From the NCBI GenBank assembly GCA_030295235.1, contig AP026167.1, positions 1-64,000 of the forward strand: a stretch of 64,000 nucleotides of DNA. Direction: 5' to 3'. The position numbers were made by a program, and so were the translations under genes. Shown here piece after piece: positions 38,252-51,490 of this stretch (its first letter is position 1; the number at the start of each line of letters is the position of its first letter). Under the pieces are notes generated by a model. It saw only the letters and a program-made list of their open reading frames with translations, searched no databases and had not been told where the DNA came from. The DNA is from Fistulifera solaris (taxonomy: Eukaryota).

Positions 38252-39884
38252 TTAGCATTCTTTTCGAGCTGCCTTCTTAACGTCACGTGGCAGATGGACA
38301 TGGATTTTGCGTTTGAAAACATTCTTGGGAGTAGATTCTGGACGAATCGAGAGCGATACGGCTTCTTCAGCTCCCATTCCCTCAGTATCAAAATTGATAT
38401 CGACTATGATCTCGCACAGAATATCCACATGATTCGATAACAACAATGCCGTGTACTGAGCATTGTGTAAGCCGCTCTCCAGCAAAGCCGACACCACTAA
38501 CAATGGTCGCAAATCGGACGACTCATTGACTAGCTTTGCCGACCCACAATAAAAATCGATTGAGCGCATAGATTCTGTCGATAGTGGTACCATTGGTTAT
38601 TCTCTTGCCGCTGTGATCCAGTACTGAAATGTTCCGTAATCGATAAGAGACCGCCCTGGTCTGGAGTCATCGAAGTAGTAATCGTTGTCATTGAAGGTCA
38701 GTATGCGAAACGTACGGAGTTCTTTGTGTTCTTCCATAGCATACCAAATAGCCGGTAAATGATGAGCCATATCCACCCAATCTAATCGAAAACCAAATGC
38801 GTCAATAATGGATTTGCATTGATAAAACTGATCAACGCATCAGCAATACGAGCTGTAACCTCGACTGTTGCGAAATCTTCATAATGCACATTACAACTCA
38901 AGGCCAATTCCAAATTAAACTTTGTAAAATGACCTAAAGTGGTCATACGATTCAACATTGCAATCAAGAACTGATCGCAGACTTCCCAGACGTCCGAACA
39001 GACGTTGACACTCAAATTTTTGCCGGGATATCAAGAGAATGGAAGTCTTCCGGTCGGACACACCTTGCGTCGAAGAAGTAGTCGAGAGAATTCACCTTGG
39101 CAGAGAATGGCAGGAGAGCTTGGTCCTTATACACAGACCTAATTTTGAGCTCATCCAACATTTCAAGCTGATAAAGACGTTCCATATTTTCCCGAGTGAG
39201 CATGCCGAATGCCACGTATCCAAGACAGAGAGAACCAAACAGAGACTTTTGTTTTTCGAGTGCTTCGATAAAGGCTGTTCCACTATCAGTAAATGTAACG
39301 AAGCCACTTTTACTGCAAAACGTCAATCGAAGTGGATAGGGTCGCGTTGCCAGAACAACGCCTTGTTGCGCTGTCCATGTTCCTTCATCAATACTGATCG
39401 CTCGTTGCGGATTTGCATCCAAGATCTGAGCGAGTTGTTCCGGGTGAAAAGCGGCAAAGTCGAAGGCCCGGTCCTCGTCGAACCTGCGATATCCGATCTC
39501 GAGAGCGGCCTGGCCTCTCCCAGAATGCTGTAAAGACCAGAACCATGCTGCTGTTTCAGCAATAATAGCATTCGATGCACCGTAAATGGCACATTTTAAT
39601 CTTTTCTTGTGTTTTCCGACATCATAGAGAGCAAAGAATAGCTTTCGCTCTTGATAAAGCATATCCGCAGAAGCGCTGAAGCATACAATCGTCCCATTTT
39701 TCCACCAGATCGACATGCAGTGACGAATTTCCGGAAGAATTTCATCGAGAACACTCGGTTCTCGTACAAATTGGTAAATCGCAATACCAAATCCGTGCGT
39801 TTCTTTCTCGCGAAATGCCCTTTGCTCGGGTGAAAGTCGTTCCTTCGGAATGAGCTCGAGGAATTCTTGTTTAATTTCCTCCAT
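38252..39884 (-). pseudogene. Family A copy with several frameshifts (39017-39021, ~38790, ~38550) and a probable short deletion near 38640
   Basis: MEEIKQEFLELIP..IYGASNAIIAETAAWFWSL..PFSAKVN; LGHFTKF..NPLLTHL; NGTTIDRIY..LLSNHVDILCE..KRKIH..KKAARK. Confidence 0.75.
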
Positions 39885-40054
39885 TTTGCGATCCTAAACG
39901 TTGATTCAATCTCTGTTTCGCAAATTGTTGCCCTCGGCAAAGAAAAGACGATTATCAAGGCTCCAACTCTATTGAAGTGGTCGCGATGAATGTCAACAGT
40001 GCTTATTGCAAAATAATAAATATCAAAGTAAAAAAGCGTGCACGCCGCATCGTT

Positions 40055-40083
40055 AACCTCCGGGTCTTGACAAACATGAGTCA
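40055..40083. promoter_or_regulatory. Conserved upstream element AACCTCCGGGTCyTGAC-n5-TGAGTCA, copy 1
   Basis: 24/29 identical to 46555-46583; both lie about 170 bp upstream of a family A ATG. Confidence 0.55.
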
Positions 40084-40569
40084 CACTATCATGCGCTGGT
40101 TCTCTATAATAATACTCCGTAGTTGATTTTGTATCGAACGATATCAATAAATATTTTGCGTTATATCCATTATCTTTCTTTCCGCGACGATTAAATAATT
40201 AGTAAAAAGAATTCGCAGTGAAGATGAAAGCGCAACAGCAAACTATCGACAAGGAAGCCCAGTTAGTTGTTTCCTCGCTTCTTGAAGAGAACTACGGATC
40301 TATTATTTATAGCGTTTACTCGAAAGCCAAGCAACCATGGTGAAATCGGATGGTTAAAATATTTGAATTCCGAATATTGCGTTACAGTGCTTAATGAGAG
40401 AATTGAATCGGCACGACGAGACATTCGTCCTTATTGCATTTTCGATTCAGCATGGCGAAGTTCTCCCTTCAAATAATCATCGGGAACACAAAAAACAACG
40501 TATACTTTAAAATTGTACTCATTCTTCCAGTGACTGCTTCTTGACTCGATAAAGAGGCTGGCGGCTGAG

Positions 40570-40915
40570 GAAATCTTACTAGTCTATGCTGGAAAGGTTA
40601 CTCGATTGCATAACTTCTTTGGGTTTCGGACTTTTCTGGCGAGAGCATCACGAATGGGAACACCATCGAAGAGACCTACGTTATGAACAACCTCTATACG
40701 CGATTCACAATCATTGCGAAGGAGCCTATTTCGGTGTGACCATTAAAAACACGACGTTGCACATTGCACACTGACATGTTTTGCGAGCTTCTTGATGGTG
40801 TGATTCTAAATAGCGATAATCATATTTTGACTGCTGCAGGACCAGTGATCGAGTAAACGGAAATGTGTTCTTTTGATGCGTCGCATGAGGCAGCTGCTAA
40901 TCTGAAGCGCAACAG
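40570..40915 (+). pseudogene. Family A C-terminal remnant
   Basis: MLERLL..ITNGNTIEETYVMN..YTRFT..HTDMFCELLD; similar to 16380-16750. Confidence 0.6.
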
Positions 40916-41222
40916 GGGGAAGTAAATTTGATGCATGAACGAGTCGATGTTATGTTACTGACGTTTTCGTTCGTGACCTGCGTTTCCCACTTTTGGAGAT
41001 AACTTTTTGCGGCGCGTTGATTCAACAATACGATCAATGGCAGCTTAATGTAATTTAAGTCGAAACGCCATTGTTTTCATAATCAGAAAGAAAAGCGACA
41101 TGCAATAGAACGAGTAAAAGTTAAGAGCTGATCCACAGCAAAGTCGTAAGGCATTGCGAAACATTAAATAATCGAATGAGGGGTACTGGAGCCACGTGAA
41201 TAACTTTTCCGAAAAGTAACAT

Positions 41223-42780
41223 TCAAGGAGGCACTTCCTCCAGATTCGTACCATCTACTAATTCCCAAAGGACGTCCGTATGTTGAGACAACAGCAGACC
41301 CGTATACTGGAAAGATGCGGAAGCCTTTTCCAACGCCACCGCGAAGAGCACTGGTCGCAATTCTACCGACTCCTCCGTCAGCGACAAAGATCCATTGAAA
41401 AAATAATTCAATGCATAAAGCTGATCGATACTGGTCTTGTTGGTGATCTTCTTGCCGTCCCTTTTTATAACTGTGACGTTTCGGTTGCAAGAAAGCAAGC
41501 GTTCCAGTGCCAGATAGAAATCTTGGCATGTATCTTGGACTTCCATGTCATCCAATATGATTGTACGTAGCTGTTTGTGCTCCCCAATGGTATGATAGAG
41601 AGATTCCCAGTGGGGAGCATGCTGGAAGCGCTGGTCAAAGTCGTACACTTTCAAATACCTCAAATTTGGATTGCTCTTTATAGCACCAGTCAACGCTTGT
41701 ACACACGATTCCATGTCATTCACCCTCTCGTAACTCCGTATAGAAATGCCCAATCTTACAAAATGGCCCAGCTGAGCCACTCGATCGAAAAATGCGATCA
41801 ACCAGTCACTCAGGTCGTCCTCTTTTGCGAATAAAACCATAGATCCAAGTCGTTTGTCACAATAGTCAGCGCTTCGAAATCGTTTGGCTGGATGTGACTG
41901 TCTATGACCCCGTAACTGAGTGCATTTACCTTGGCAGAGAATGGAAGAAGGACAATCTCTGGGTCGAGACCGTAAATTCTAAGTTTATCGATGATCCAGT
42001 CAAGTTGCGTCAACCGTTCAAAATTGACGCGATTCATTCGAGTGCTATGATAAAAGCCCCTCCAATTTCCAGCGAACCAAAGGAAGATCGTCGTTCTTCC
42101 AAACTATTAAAAAACTCAGTGCCGTCCTCGTCCTTGTTTGCCGTGTTACCCAAATCGCCATGATCCCCAAAAATAATTTCCAAAATTAAAGGGAAAGTTC
42201 GTGTCGCCAATATCTTGGCCTGTTCGAGACTCCAGCTTCCTACTCGGAGCACTAATGTGCGTGTCGGATTCGATTCCAAGATACGAATCAGTTGTTGTGG
42301 TCGAAAGGCGGCAAAATCAAAATTTCCACGCACTTCTCCAGCGCACAATCCGTGTTGAAAGATGTCTTGAACGTACAGCGGGGCTCCGCCAAAATCGAGA
42401 GACCAGAAAAAAGTCGCCGTCTCGGCGATGGCTTCGTCCGTTTTGCCACAAATTGCACCGTACGCTTGGTCATCGATTGTAAAATAGAGGCTGCGATGTT
42501 TCATTTGAAAACGATAGTAGGATACATTATATAGGAGAAGGAATGTTTCATTGTCACGCCATATAATAGGTTGCCAAACCAGAATAATGTGTAGAAGATC
42601 ACCGAAATGCTTTGGATCACCGAGATGCTTTGGCTCACGAGAAAATTGAAAAATTGGGACTTCAATTTCATCGAACAAGTCTTTTCGGAATTCCTTTTGT
42701 GCAAGAGAAAGTTGATCTTCCGGAATGGGCTTCAAGAGAAGCTCTTTGTTGTTATGAGTCTGAGTTTGCGTCATGTGCAT
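41223..42780 (-). CDS. Family A protein, about 520 aa; homopolymer frameshifts at 42057-42060 and 41823-41826
   Basis: Three consecutive ORFs join with single-base additions (GGGFYHSTRMNR and SQKEDDLSDW); full motif set. Confidence 0.82.
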
Positions 42781-43129
42781 TGATGGATTTACTGTTTCTT
42801 GTCAGCGTTTCTATTTTCAGCTTCTATTTTAGATGATTCAAGTATTATTACCTTTCAAATAAATATATTGTGGCTCACGCCTGGGAGGCGGAAAAGTTAC
42901 GCTGCACGGTACGGAGCAAGAAGTACAAGTACAACGCACTACCAGGTACAGTACCTGGTAGCAGCAGACGGAGATAGTCTTACCAGTACTTTGTAGGCTA
43001 CTTACTAGAGGAGTGATGAGTGTAACGTAAGAAATCCAGCAAACTGTCATACCGGTAGCGCCTGACAATAACTAGAGAAATAGTATGGTAACGATGTGAA
43101 TGTGAGGAAAAAATAACGGAACCTGGTGT

Positions 43130-43870
43130 GTTGCGGCACATCAGCTACATTAGGCAGGCAGCAGGCAGCACAACCACTTGCACTTGCACGCAATCGAATA
43201 TCAAAGTCAACTGTGTATTCATCGATAGATATTCGCGTGGTCATGGCAGCCAATGATTTTGTCGTTGATTTAGACCTGTTTAAAAATCTCGATCAAGTAT
43301 TGTTAGCGGAACATGTTTTTCCAGAGAAATACAGCGCCACGTCACAAAAATGATTGAATAGTTTAATTGATTGATGAGATCCAGCAAAGATTTGAAAGAT
43401 GTTTCCTGAGACACGTCCTATACTGAGTAAAGCAAGCTCGACGTCATTTAGATACTCCATTACTGAGGGAGTATGGCCAATCGGAAGGTCAACAATGGAA
43501 CACTTTGGTCGGTCCTTGGCATTCTTGCATCGCTTGCAGATAGAGAGGGTGACAACTCCTTTGGGTTTTGTGACTACGCTTCTTGGCGATATAGTAAGCT
43601 TTGTAATAGCCTTTCTGTCCTTTGAAGAGAGCTTAAACACTGCTATGGAGGAACCGAATACTCTTCGTGAAAAAATGTCTTGAAGCACCAGGAATATTGG
43701 TCTTCTTTTGCCATTCCCTTGATAAAAAAGAATCCTTAGAAATTACGTCGGGAGTTGGCTTCGTGGAGAAGAACGTCGCTACACGCAACACGCTTTTATC
43801 ATTGCGCTTTGCAAATATCCGTCGCTCTCTGTGTGCAACCGTAATGAGGTTCGTACTTTGCACTCCTCTT
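43130..43870 (-). mobile_element. Probable Helitron Rep/helicase-associated fragment (DUF6570-like), degenerate
   Basis: CKRC..PKCSIVDLPIGHTPSVMEYLNDVELALLSIGRVSGNIFQIFAGSHQSIK matches, from memory, the CxxC..P.FSIAN..IG..P..L..L...E pattern N-terminal to Helitron Rep-PIF1 ORFs. Confidence 0.5.
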
Positions 43871-44843
43871 TGATATCATTTAGTCTTCTCTGAGATACCA
43901 TGATAGGCATTCAATATTACGACGTCAATTTGAATACTTATTGTTTTAGCCTTACAGTGTGCCGCAATGGCGGTGACAACTCGTGTCGGGATTTCGTCCT
44001 TTGTTGACGTGTGTCGTGCGTCGCAACGTAATAGGCGGCGAGATTAAGTGCAACGGTCCTACAATTCGGCCCTACAAAGAATACAAGAATAAAAAATTGG
44101 CGACCACATCGAGCGACTCTGTATATCAAATACGTGCTCCAGGAGAAGATAATAAAACACATGGGAATTAACGGAAACATAATTTGTACTGTTAAAAACT
44201 CTATACCTCCTTTGTGTAGACATTTTTATCAATTCATTTTCTCGTCGGTAGTATACTGTGCTATTTTTTTATTTTGAAATTTTGACTGTGGCATAACCAG
44301 AAGCTGGGATGCCTGTAGCGAGGTCATTAGCATACATTGCGCCAGAGGGTAAGTCCTTAAGTCCTAATTTTTGGCGAGAAATGGCCCCCCCTCAGACTCC
44401 CCCCCAATGTCAAAGCGAAAAGTGGAACTTTTCGGATACAGCATAGAAAGTGAAGACGCGAGCGTTGCTGTCGAGTCACGAACTTACGGGGCACGACTTT
44501 GGTGAACGAGTGCAGCGGACAACGTATCATTACCACTGCGGAACCTATAAGATAGTCTAGCCTAGGCGGGGAATTCACATGCAAAAGAACTTATTTCTAT
44601 AAAAGATGAACAAAATTGATTCACCAAGTGGCAAAGAATTGGCACCAATACGTAGTCGGATGGAGGAGCACCAAGAGGCACGCGAGTAGGTTATCTCGAC
44701 GACTCTTGTGTGAGTTTGGCAGCATTATTCATAGAACGCGTCGTCATCAAGGATATCATCAAGATCTATTTCACGTTCATTGATAACATCATTGACCGAA
44801 AGGAGCAAGGAACTTTCGGCCTCAATGTGAGCAGCTACCGGCA

Positions 44844-46386
44844 TCACGTGACCACTATTGGGACCAAGTTTCTTCTTTTCAACGGCGTCGCATGGATGAT
44901 GGAAGTGGGATCATAGGGCAACAGGGCATCATCATTAGTACCATTCACAAGCTCACACAATACATCCGTGTGATCTGACAACAACAAGGCCGTGCGCTGA
45001 AAATTGGCAGAAGCACTTTCCATCAAAACCGTCTTCATTACTCTCGATCGCCAGGAACTACAACACTCTTGGATCAACTCCTTGGATTCGTGAAAAACTG
45101 ATTCAGCGTATAAACCTGATCTATGGTCGTTCCATCGGTTACTCGTTCATCGCGATGATTTACGACCGTCACCCGGCGGTTGCGGAATAACAACCGCTCT
45201 AACGACGCGAAATGTACTACCGTCATTTTTCCGCTATTCACGCGAAATGTTCGTAGGTTTGGGTGCCCCTCCATGGCCTGAAACAGAATCGTCAAGTAGG
45301 GAGTGTACTCCACTGCATACCGATTCTTCGATAAATCCAAAGACACCATACTCGGATTGTTTTGCAGGACACGGACAATGGCTGCGGCAATCCATGCCAT
45401 TTGGGTGTAATCTACTTCATGCCAGAGATCAATCTCGAGACCCAAGTGCTCAAAATGTCCTAATTGTGCCACGCGATCGAGAAACGTGACGATCGAATCG
45501 GACCAGTTTTCTGTGCGGGTAATGTGAATCGATAAGGTTAACTCTTTGGCAACAATAGGAAGTGTCTCAAAGTCCGTCTTTTCGATTTCATAATCGTCGA
45601 TCCGGTAATTGAGAGAATGTACTTGAGCTTGGAATGGGAGAAGGGCATCGGGGCGAAACATGTAGAGCTCGAGTTTCTCCACAACGCGCTCCAGTTGTAA
45701 GAGTCGCACATAGTTTTCAGTCGTAAAAGGGTTGCGACGATTGAAATGCAGACACAAGCTTCCAAAGATTGAGGTTCGTTGTTGGAGTGCATCGACAAAG
45801 GCCGTCCCACCGTCCGTAAAAGAAAATCCACCGTGAATGGTGCTAGGTGTATACAGATGGATTTTGAGAGGACCCGGGCGTGTCGCCATTCGGATGGATT
45901 GTTCGACTGTCCAAGTTTGGAATTCAAATTCCCAAACGCGATGCGGATTCACATCCAAGAAAGAATCCATTTGATCCTCTCGAATTGAATCCACGTCAAA
46001 ATTAAATTGCATCGAATCGGGTTCGGAATTCTGCAGTGACAAAACAAACGTCGCCGTTTCCGCAATGGCGGTTTCATTGAAGCCCATAATCGAAAAAATC
46101 GTGTGCTGTGAGGATAGGTTTGTTGAATCAGCCTACTTGTTGAGGGTACGTAGATCGATCTAGTGAAAGCCACCTCAACAACAATCACAGTCTGATTGTC
46201 ACGCCAAATACAGAATTTCGTACAATTACAGCTCAGCAACTCGTGTAGATGAGTCGGTTCTTGAACGAGTCGATAGATTGGTAGATGATTGCCGTCTTCC
46301 GAGGAGGATCGCTTCTTGATTGAAGATACTAATGCGTTTTGCTCCGAGGAAAGCTGTTGATAGGGGATGAGTTGCAAAAACTCCAT
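44844..46386 (-). CDS. Family A protein, about 515 aa; homopolymer frameshifts at 46093-46098 and 45093-45097
   Basis: MEFLQLIP..IWRDNQT / GFNETAIAETATFVLSL..LLFRNR..DGTTIDQVY / SANFQRTALLLSDHTD. Confidence 0.82.
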
Positions 46387-46554
46387 TTCTTTTGCCTTTC
46401 GTTTTGCGATATAAACGAGGGGTGTCGAAGTGAAGCAGGTTGTGAGAGCTTCTTCGTCAATTAAACTAATTAGATCGACGTATCGTTGTTTTAATTATCT
46501 TGAAAAGAATGACAACAATAATAATGCGCCGCGTTTTTGGCGTTTGTCGTTACA

Positions 46555-46583
46555 AACCTCCGGGTCCTGACTGAACTGAGTCA
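46555..46583. promoter_or_regulatory. Conserved upstream element, copy 2
   Basis: aacctccgggtcctgactgaactgagtca, 169 bp upstream of the ATG at 46386. Confidence 0.55.
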
Positions 46584-47002
46584 TGAATTAGATCTTTCGA
46601 AAATAATCTATCGTCGTGTACTTCATGAAGCCCTAAGCACGTCTATATCTTCGTAAAACAGATCCGTGAAGATAATTCTAGCAAATAATACCATTTGCAT
46701 TGCATGATGCGAGTATTTTATTTACATCAATTGTTGCGGATCTTTCCGCTTCTTGTCTGTCTTTACATAGCATGCACGTCTGAATGTCCAGTCATGCAGC
46801 CTGAAGAGAAACAAAAATAATGCAGTTAGCACTTATCTTCAACCTTATTGTGATTTTGCCATATTTTTTTTTGCACGCCCGCCCTCGTCTCCTATTTTTA
46901 TGTTGCTGTCATGCTGCTTCGACGACTCTTGTCTGCATTATCCCCATTTTTCACGTCTAGAGACTAATATCTTACCATAGAAGAAGAGAGGATTTTAGCT
47001 GA

Positions 47003-48664
47003 ATGGAGGAGCAGCGAGTAGACGAGAAGGAGGAGGAGGAACCGCTGCTAGTTTTCACTCGTGATGAGGAACTTTCGACAAGGCAACAAGAGTTCATTTC
47101 AAAATTGCTAATACACGCCCGCTTTTCTTCTCACTGTGCAATATACACGTTAACTCGAGAACCGAGCAGTTTAGATGATATAGATTTTCGAAAGTATGGA
47201 AATTCAATAAAAATCTGGCGCGACAATGAAACGTTCCTATCGATTCAAACCGCTGTTGCCTGTCGTCGAGTTTTCTATGATAAAGCACAATTTCCTTTTT
47301 CAGTGTTTCTGGGTCCCAATATGAGAGACCGGTTATACGGTACAGTGTATGGTACAACGGATGAGGCTGTCTTGGAGACGGTGACGTTTTTCTGCTCGCT
47401 TCCTCATTCGAATGTTGCCGAGTCAGTTCTTTGCATGAGCTATAATTTGATCGATACCGCAATCAACCTTCAAAGTGTGGTTGACTTTGCTGCCCTCCGT
47501 GAAGATCAGCTAATTCGCATACTACAGTCGAACCCGAAGCGGCAACTAGAGCTGGAAATTGGTAGCTGGAGCCTTGAACAGGCCAGGATTCTAGCGACAC
47601 AATCGTTTCCTTTGAATCTCAAGTTTACGAAAATCCGGGAAGGTTGGACTGGTATCGGTCCCAAAGATGATGGTTCCGAGTTTATTAATCATCTAGAGAT
47701 ACGAAGAACATGCTTTGGCTCTCTCACTGTGGGTGACCCTTACTCCCAAGGAACGCCACTGCCGATCAGCCGCGAAATGCTGGAACGGATCCTGAATCTG
47801 GAAGGGAAGATTGATACACTCACAATTGGCTTGCTAAATCCTGGTCAAGTTCTCCTTCCATTCTCCGCCAAGGTGAATGCACTTACCTACAAAGTGAAAG
47901 CCAACCACCTTCAGCCAAGCCATTTTGATACGCTGGACATTGCGACCAAACGTCTGGACTTGATTGTTCGGGCAGATAATTTGAGAGATTTGATGGATGT
48001 TTATATTTCATTCTGTGACCGAGTATCGGAGCTGGGTCACTTCGAAAGATTGGCTTTTAATCCAAAGGCTTTGCGGGGAAGCGACGCCATCACGGTATCG
48101 CATCTTGCACAAGCCTTCAGTAAGGCAATTCGTGGTAATTCCAATTTGACTTGCTTGTATATAGGCGTGATCGAACTTCTGCCCTCGTCGGACTCCCAGT
48201 TGATCGATTTGTTCAAGGCTCTCGGAGAGGCTGAAAAGCTACGTACAGTTTCATTACATCGCTTTCCTCTCGTGGAATATTATTCAGATGTAGAAGATTA
48301 CCACCGACTATGTCAACCTTTCTATTCGCTATTGGAGCGATTACTTTCCCGGAACCGCAAAATCACCGTTTTAGATATTGATGGCGAGAGAATTACCAAT
48401 GGAACGACGATCGATAAGATTTATGCTCTCAACTTCTTTTATAATGGAGCGGCAAAACTTTTAAAAGAGTCCACGGCAAGACGATCATCACTGGTGGTAA
48501 CGGCCTTGACAGAATCCGCTGCAGCAAACTTTCAGTACTCGGCGCAATTGTTGTCCTTTCACACTGACTTGCTATGGGAATTCTTAGAGGATGCTTTTCT
48601 AAGTGACGATGACAACGTTGATGCTGCAAGACCGGTGTTAGAGCAGTCCGATTCGAACCACTGA
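47003..48664 (+). CDS. Family A protein, uninterrupted 553-aa ORF (used as the reference copy)
   Basis: Complete ORF with REPSSLDD, IWRDNET, YGTTDEAVLETVTFFCSL, PFSAKVNAL, LGHFERL, NLTCLYI, LLSRNRKITVL, NGTTIDKIYALN, NFQYSAQLLSFHTD. Confidence 0.92.
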   Translation: MEEQRVDEKEEEEPLLVFTRDEELSTRQQEFISKLLIHARFSSHCAIYTLTREPSSLDDIDFRKYGNSIKIWRDNETFLSIQTAVACRRVFYDKAQFPFSVFLGPNMRDRLYGTVYGTTDEAVLETVTFFCSLPHSNVAESVLCMSYNLIDTAINLQSVVDFAALREDQLIRILQSNPKRQLELEIGSWSLEQARILATQSFPLNLKFTKIREGWTGIGPKDDGSEFINHLEIRRTCFGSLTVGDPYSQGTPLPISREMLERILNLEGKIDTLTIGLLNPGQVLLPFSAKVNALTYKVKANHLQPSHFDTLDIATKRLDLIVRADNLRDLMDVYISFCDRVSELGHFERLAFNPKALRGSDAITVSHLAQAFSKAIRGNSNLTCLYIGVIELLPSSDSQLIDLFKALGEAEKLRTVSLHRFPLVEYYSDVEDYHRLCQPFYSLLERLLSRNRKITVLDIDGERITNGTTIDKIYALNFFYNGAAKLLKESTARRSSLVVTALTESAAANFQYSAQLLSFHTDLLWEFLEDAFLSDDDNVDAARPVLEQSDSNH

Positions 48665-49089
48665 TGCCTCTCATCAGCCGAAACAAAAAAGTGAGCTATA
48701 AGACTCCGCGCACAATATATACTTAGTTTTGTTGTTAGCACCGCGAGAATAGGCAAATGTAAGACCACGAAACAATTATGTTTTGAGGAAGTTGTTACTT
48801 CTGCGATTGTATTGCCATTGCATATTCTGAAATAACGCTTCCCTACTGTTAGCATTTTACAACGTTGCTCATATGTCCTTGTTACAAAGCGCCCCTCTCA
48901 TCAATTTCGTATGCTTCCCAGCAATCCACGGTTTCAATCCTCATTCGTTCAACATGGCCTTATTCGGTCACTCGATTCAAAAGCGCAATAAGATGTATAT
49001 CCATTTCTATGCGAATATCCTTTGCCGCAATGTTGTAAACTTTAAAATCATCCGTTTTCGTCTTCTTCATGTGGATTTTGTGTAACGCA

Positions 49090-49720
49090 GCGTCTCTACC
49101 GTGGCCACGAACGGAAGTAGCACCAGTTCGTCCAAGATCGACATGGACCGTTTCTCGAAGACATCGAGATGTTAAGAGTCATTGCAAGACCAAGGTGTCA
49201 TTCAAAGGTAAATTCTTGGGATCATAAGTAATCGATCTGCAAGGCACCAAATGACACCGCCGTCGGGCCCGTGTGTCCACAAAAGCCGCTCTATTATCGA
49301 CAAAGAAGAAATCGTCGACTAGGCTCGCCATGCTTTTATCTTTCAAGAGAGGGAATGTAGGAAACCTCAGTCTCAAATGACAGCCGTGACGCTGAAACAA
49401 CCGACTGCACCGTCCCGTTCGAAATGTCAAGATCCGTTATGGATTTGCGTCCAATCAAAGGATTGCTTAATAGTTTTTGGTAACCAAATGGAGATCCTCC
49501 GTGAATGTTTCTATGAGTCTTCCGCAAAAGATGGTCAAGGGGCCACACGTTGCGGCGATCCGTTGGTGGAAACGCCTTTTTGTTGCGAAGATCGCCGTTC
49601 GTTCAGAATACATTCGAGTTAATCGCCCATTTCTTGTTTAATGATTTCGACATTCCTTCGATTTCTTTTACCGAATAATGAGAACCAAAGCTCGCTTAGG
49701 AGTGAAGGTTGCAGCCTAAA
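49090..49720 (-). pseudogene. Degenerate family A fragment
   Basis: AIL*LDANP*RILTFRTG and FFFVDNRAAFVD remnants. Confidence 0.5.
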
Positions 49721-49904
49721 CGATCCGCAAATTCTGTTGTGTTCGATTAGGGAAAGGATCAATGCGGATGATGTGTAGCAATAATGAATCGCGAGACGAT
49801 TTTTTCGAGGCGGCCATGTCATCGTCGTCTTGCTTCATATTAGAAAGATCGGTCCGACTACTACGTACGAGGACGATGAACTCGAGCTTCACGGGCGAAC
49901 GCAT

Positions 49905-51490
49905 TTAAGTTGGACCTCCGTGGTCAACGGCAAGGCCACTTTCATCTTGAATCAGTTCGCACACCATATCCGTGTGATGCGAAAGGAATAATGCACGGCG
50001 CTGAAAGTTTTTCGACTGGTTGCTTCCCATCATCGCCATTGCCACCAAAAATATTCGCACAGAGCTACACTCCTTCTTGAGCTCATCTGATTTGCAATAA
50101 AAGTCATTTAGGGCATAGAGCTTTTCGATTTTGGGCACATCTGATTCGGAGTGAAACACATTGATCTTACGATTCCGCGACAACAGTTTCTCGACCCACA
50201 AAAAATCCGGATCTTCTGATGGGTACTTTTTTATTATGAAGATACGCAATCCTTCGTGATCCTCCATCGCTTGGAACATACACCGCATGAAGGGATCCCA
50301 TTTAACTTCACAGGAACGACTGCTAAAATTGAGGAGCGAAAGTTGTGGATTGAAACGAATGACACGAATCAAAGCCTTTGCGACACGATTTATTTTGTCA
50401 AAGGACTCAGCGAATTCCACACTGCGCTCCTCATCTATTATGTCGGCGAATGCAAAACTCAAGGCTTTGAAATGGCCAAGCACGGCAAGTCGATTCAGAA
50501 ACGATACAAGAAATGCATCCCAGTCTTTTACGCTTTTCATGTAGAATCGAAAGTCAATATCTTGCGCCACAATGTCGAGAGAATCGACGTCGGCCCATTG
50601 AAGGTTTTCGCGTGGATATGATAGCTTAGTGCATTCACCGGAGCAGAGAAAGGAAGCATAACATTTTCCTCGTCTAATAAGCCTTCAACGACGAGCTTTT
50701 CAAACATGTTCGTGAGTGTAAAAAGCCGGTTGATGTTTGCGCGGCTGAAAGGTAAAACACTCTCCTTTTCCATCTGGAACTCAGTAGCAAATTGTCCAAA
50801 ACAAAATTCACGCTTTTCTAGTGCATCGAGAAAAGCCGTTCCGCCATCACTGAAACGAAAACAATTATCCCTTCCCAAACGAGACGCGCCTAGTGTCAAA
50901 TGCAAAGGATACGGTCTCGATGCTAGAATGACCGACTGCTCGGCACTCAAGGCTCCCGATTCAACGTAATAGTTTCGCGTAGGATTTGCGTCTAGTATGT
51001 GGGAAAGCTGATCTGGTTCAAGAGCGCACAAATCGAAGTTGTCGCATTCACGGTGCGGATCTTTAACAGTACCAATACGAAGCGAAACGATATATCCTCC
51101 CGATTGTTTTAAAGACCAGAAGAAGGCCGCCATCCCGGCAATTGCAGCGTCAGATTTACCGTAAATCCAACCCAATAGAAAAAGATGTTTGTTTCCACCA
51201 TGGAAAATAAAGCTAGCGCTTTTCTCCTGAAATGGTCTACATCGATAGTGAACCATGTTCATGGCGATCGAAAGACAAAGAATGGTTTGATTGTCTCGCC
51301 AAATTAAAATAGAGTCATCTTTTTCCCAGTCAAACTCGTTTAAATCCGTCGGTTCTCGCAACAATCGATACAAAGGTAAATTGCTCTCAGGATTCCGCCG
51401 AAAGGCTCTCTGCTCCGGCGACATTTCATCTGGCGGAATGAGTTCAAACAGCGGCGAAGAATCATCATCATTCATCGTTTCTGGCTCCAT
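49905..51490 (-). CDS. Family A protein, about 528 aa; homopolymer frameshift at 50605-50608
   Basis: MEPETMNDDDSSPLFELIP..IWRDNQT..IYGKSDAAIA; one extra A gives HAKNLQWADVDSLDIVAQD; LLSRNR, NFQRRALFLSHHTD. Confidence 0.85.
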
